DNA of 20,000 nucleotides, from the IMG/VR virus record IMGVR_UViG_3300035183_001042; one strand, written 5' to 3'. Under the pieces are notes generated by a model that saw only the letters and a program-made list of their open reading frames with translations, did no database searches and had not been told where the DNA came from. A program made the position numbers and the translations under genes. Below are positions 18,047-20,000 of the stretch, one piece after another (the stretch's first letter is position 1; each line of letters begins with the position of its first letter). The DNA comes from an uncultured virus (IMG/VR IMGVR_UViG_3300035183_001042). Taxonomy: Duplodnaviria > Heunggongvirae > Uroviricota > Caudoviricetes.

Positions 18047-18535
18047 TCACCCGTTACTCCAAGACCAAGAGACCATAAAGCGACCGCGAAACCCTGCCTG
18101 AGAACTCGCCTCGATCGTGAATCCTGTACCTGCGATGATGTCGCGAACGATCAGCCCCATCGCCGTCGCAGCCATGGAATGCTCATCGACGCTGTGCTCC
18201 GCCGTTGGACCAGGACCGAGTGTGAGCCGAACAGTCGCGTTCGAGGCGATTGCAGCCTGACCGGTCACCACCACAAGAGCGTTCTGCCGCTCTTTCCCAG
18301 ATCCGAAGTCGATGAGAGACGTGCCAGCGCCACCGAGCTCCGCGGGTCCGATCAGAATCCACCGATGAGCGCCGAACCCGGCATCGTACACGACCTCGAA
18401 GAGCCGCACGTTCGCGATGTCGATCGCTTGCGTTCCCACCTGAAGCGTCGCCGCAGGCAGCTGCAACTCTGGTGTATCAGCCAGAGTCATACCCGTAACG
18501 CGCCAGACTTTTCCTGCGAACTCACCGACAGCCAT
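18047..18535 (-). CDS. small virion-associated protein E, upstream partner of D/C
   Basis: Likely start MAVGEFAGK at 18535 (162 aa); IDFG...VVVTGQAAI...TAEHSVDEH...IIAGTGFTI...G.F.VSWSW resembles uncharacterised phage proteins. Confidence 0.7.
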   Translation of the reverse strand: MAVGEFAGKVWRVTGMTLADTPELQLPAATLQVGTQAIDIANVRLFEVVYDAGFGAHRWILIGPAELGGAGTSLIDFGSGKERQNALVVVTGQAAIASNATVRLTLGPGPTAEHSVDEHSMAATAMGLIVRDIIAGTGFTIEASSQAGFRGRFMVSWSWSNG

Positions 18536-18649
18536 CCAGATGATTCTACTTGGAGTCAATCGATTTTGTCTACGGCGACGACACGGACAAGTAAGCACTG
18601 ACGCGCATGTTTTTTGCGGTGATCGAAGCCAGTGGTAAGCACTGGCAAC

Positions 18650-19123
18650 ATGAGAAGCTACGCTGACTGCGATGTCTGTACGTCGAGCCAAAGCCACAAC
18701 CCTGGCGAGAAGCGCTCGCCATGCGATGACTGCATAGAAAGGTACAAGAGGGACTCTGAAAAGAGCCGCAAGTTCCTGCTAGGCAGATACGTGGAGATCA
18801 ACGGAGAAGCATCTTTGCCGAGGGCTGCGGTTGCCGAGGAGTTCTGGAAGACATGGGAGTCGATTGCCTCGATCGACTCGACGTTCGGATTTTTTGAACA
18901 CGAGGGTAACCCGTGCTTCTTGCTCTCCGCCCGCGGAGGAACGACGACGAGGGAAGTCATCGTCACCGTCACCGACGAGGGGATCACGATGGCGGGGAGA
19001 GCGAACCGACGAGACGCTCCTACAACCATTCGCTTCCGAGACAAACGAGCGCTCGACAAAGACTTTCTCCGCTACGTGGAGAACTGGATCTTCCGAACCG
19101 ACGCCGTCCGCTTCGGACATTGA
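18650..19123 (+). CDS. hypothetical protein with N-terminal CxxC...CxxC zinc ribbon
   Basis: MRSYADCDVC...PCDDCIERY...; natural composition; divergent from the structural cluster. Confidence 0.7.
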   Translation: MRSYADCDVCTSSQSHNPGEKRSPCDDCIERYKRDSEKSRKFLLGRYVEINGEASLPRAAVAEEFWKTWESIASIDSTFGFFEHEGNPCFLLSARGGTTTREVIVTVTDEGITMAGRANRRDAPTTIRFRDKRALDKDFLRYVENWIFRTDAVRFGH

Positions 19124-19141
19124 TCAGCGGATAGAGCATGG

Positions 19142-19172
19142 TTGACGCCTAGGAGACTACTCGTGCCATACT
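19142..19172 (+). promoter_or_regulatory. possible sigma70 promoter
   Basis: TTGACG, 19-nt spacer, TG-extended CATACT, upstream of an ATG near 19186. Confidence 0.3.
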
Positions 19173-19369
19173 CAGAATAGATTCATGGCATTCAAGATCT
19201 ACTACAACAGCTGGAGTTTCTTCGACTGTGCGTCTAGTTGAATCCTACGCTTCTCGACAAAGATTCACTGCCGTGGACATCGAAGATAAAGCAGGCGACG
19301 TGGGAACCACTTCGATAGAGAATCCACCTGCCGGACCTAGACTCTGTCTTTGATGGTGTATTGTATATG

Positions 19370-19434
19370 GTGTAGCTACACTGGACTAAAGTCAGATGCT
19401 TTCGATGGTACCGAAGCCTCTCGCTTCAACCGAG
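19370..19434 (-). mobile_element. degenerate IS200/IS605-family right end / omegaRNA 3' region
   Basis: The minus strand reads GGCTGTGGAGG...GAAAGCATCTGACTTTAGTCCAGTGTAGCTACAC, resembling the 'GAAGC-hairpin(CTTTAG)-GTAGTTCAC' ends downstream of tnpB genes. Confidence 0.55.
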
Positions 19435-19588
19435 TCACCTCCACAGCCTTCTGCACAGCGCATCGATCACGCTGCACACGGCGCAAGTCTGCGAGCTGTA
19501 CGCGGGATCGACTTTGACCACGCGGCACCAGGTTGCGACGCCTGTACTTGAGCAGTTCCACGATGCTGCCTGCGTCTCGACCGAGTCC
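19435..19588 (-). pseudogene. tnpB: TnpB C-terminal remnant (late RuvC region plus zinc ribbon), frameshifted and cut by IS110
   Basis: GLGRDAGSIVELLKY in one frame, then RVVKVDPAYSSQTCAVCSVID in another; matches TnpB 'LNRSILDAGW..F...L.YK....V.VDP.YTSQ.C..CG'. Confidence 0.8.
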
Positions 19589-19624
19589 GCCATGCGCCTT
19601 CGGCACGCCCTGATGGAGGAAACG

Positions 19625-19800
19625 GTGGCAGAGTCGTGGGCTACTGTCGGCACGGAGGTCGCGTTCTCCTTGGTGCGGAGAGCCCGTTACTGAGTCTGAC
19701 CGGAGGCCCCACGAGCACCCTGAATTGTTGCCATGAGCCTGACCCGTGAGGGACGGGCTCGGGAGCACGCTTGGTAGAGTTCGATGACGGGGCCTCACGC
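19625..19800 (+). ncRNA. putative IS110 bridge RNA
   Basis: Two stem/internal-loop/hairpin units: GTTCTCC/GGAGAGC hairpin (19663-19683); GAGGCCCC (19703-19710) pairs with GGGGCCTC (19789-19796) and encloses the CCCGT/ACGGG hairpin (19743-19757). Loop arms match the junction. Confidence 0.65.
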
Positions 19801-19825
19801 CGACGACAGCACTTGGAGGTGACCG

Positions 19826-20000
19826 ATGAAGGTGCTGCATGCGCGGTGTGCAGGTCTGGACGTTCACAAGGAACTGGTCGTGGCGTGCGCCCGGCTCCAG
19901 CACGGCGCGAAGGTGCAACGCGAGCAGCGTCGCTTCGACACGACGACGAAGGGCCTGCTCGAGCTCTTGGCGTGGCTCGAGGAGCTGGGGTGCACGCACG
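19826..20000 (+). CDS. IS110-family transposase/recombinase, N-terminal DEDD RuvC-like domain (partial)
   Basis: GGAGGT RBS at 19815-19820; MKVLHARCAGLDVHKELVVACARLQHGAKVQREQRRFDTTTKGLLELLAWLEELGCTH carries the GLDVHK signature. Absent from the ORF track because it lacks a stop in the window. Confidence 0.95.
   Translation, partial: MKVLHARCAGLDVHKELVVACARLQHGAKVQREQRRFDTTTKGLLELLAWLEELGCTH

Larger units (their letters stand above)
19589..20000 (+). mobile_element. IS110-family insertion sequence (left end and start of recombinase; runs off the window)
   Basis: tnpB similarity stops at about 19588; a ~235-nt structured non-coding end and then the IS110 transposase follow. The boundary is approximate. 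Confidence 0.85.

Noticed and set aside
10909..18535. Invertible fibre shufflon driven by the tyrosine recombinase
   Set aside because: The clusters are convergent, but every gene has its own start, I found no inverted crossover repeats, and the recombinase is 7 kb away.
19376..19999. 207 aa minus-strand ORF as a gene
   Set aside because: It is antisense to the IS110 transposase and left end; only the GLGRDAGSIVELLKY segment is a real tnpB remnant.
1..20000. Frequent GATC/TCGA/CGATCG words as a HIP1-like signal
   Set aside because: They are plausibly explained by ATC-GAx codon pairs in high-GC genes, and enrichment cannot be shown without a Markov-model count.

Overview
This GC-rich window (roughly 60% by eye) has no housekeeping genes and looks like part of a large, partly decaying phage/prophage or virus-like element. 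The left half is a tightly coupled minus-strand gene train (7334 to 1786). It carries an ADP-ribosyltransferase-like protein, a Cre-like tyrosine recombinase, a DEDDh 3'-5' exonuclease and a DUF488-like protein, followed by hypotheticals, a broken PAPS-reductase-family gene and ribbon-helix-helix proteins. The right half holds two convergent clusters of beta-rich, virion-fibre-like genes: two paralogous pairs plus a small partner, three of which share an N-terminal module. The window ends with an IS110-family element, missed by the ORF track, inserted into a decayed IS200/IS605 tnpB. The IS110 left non-coding end folds by eye into a two-loop, bridge-RNA-like structure whose loop arms match the insertion junction. 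Several frames are broken by single stops or small deletions. All family calls come from motif recognition; no searches were run.
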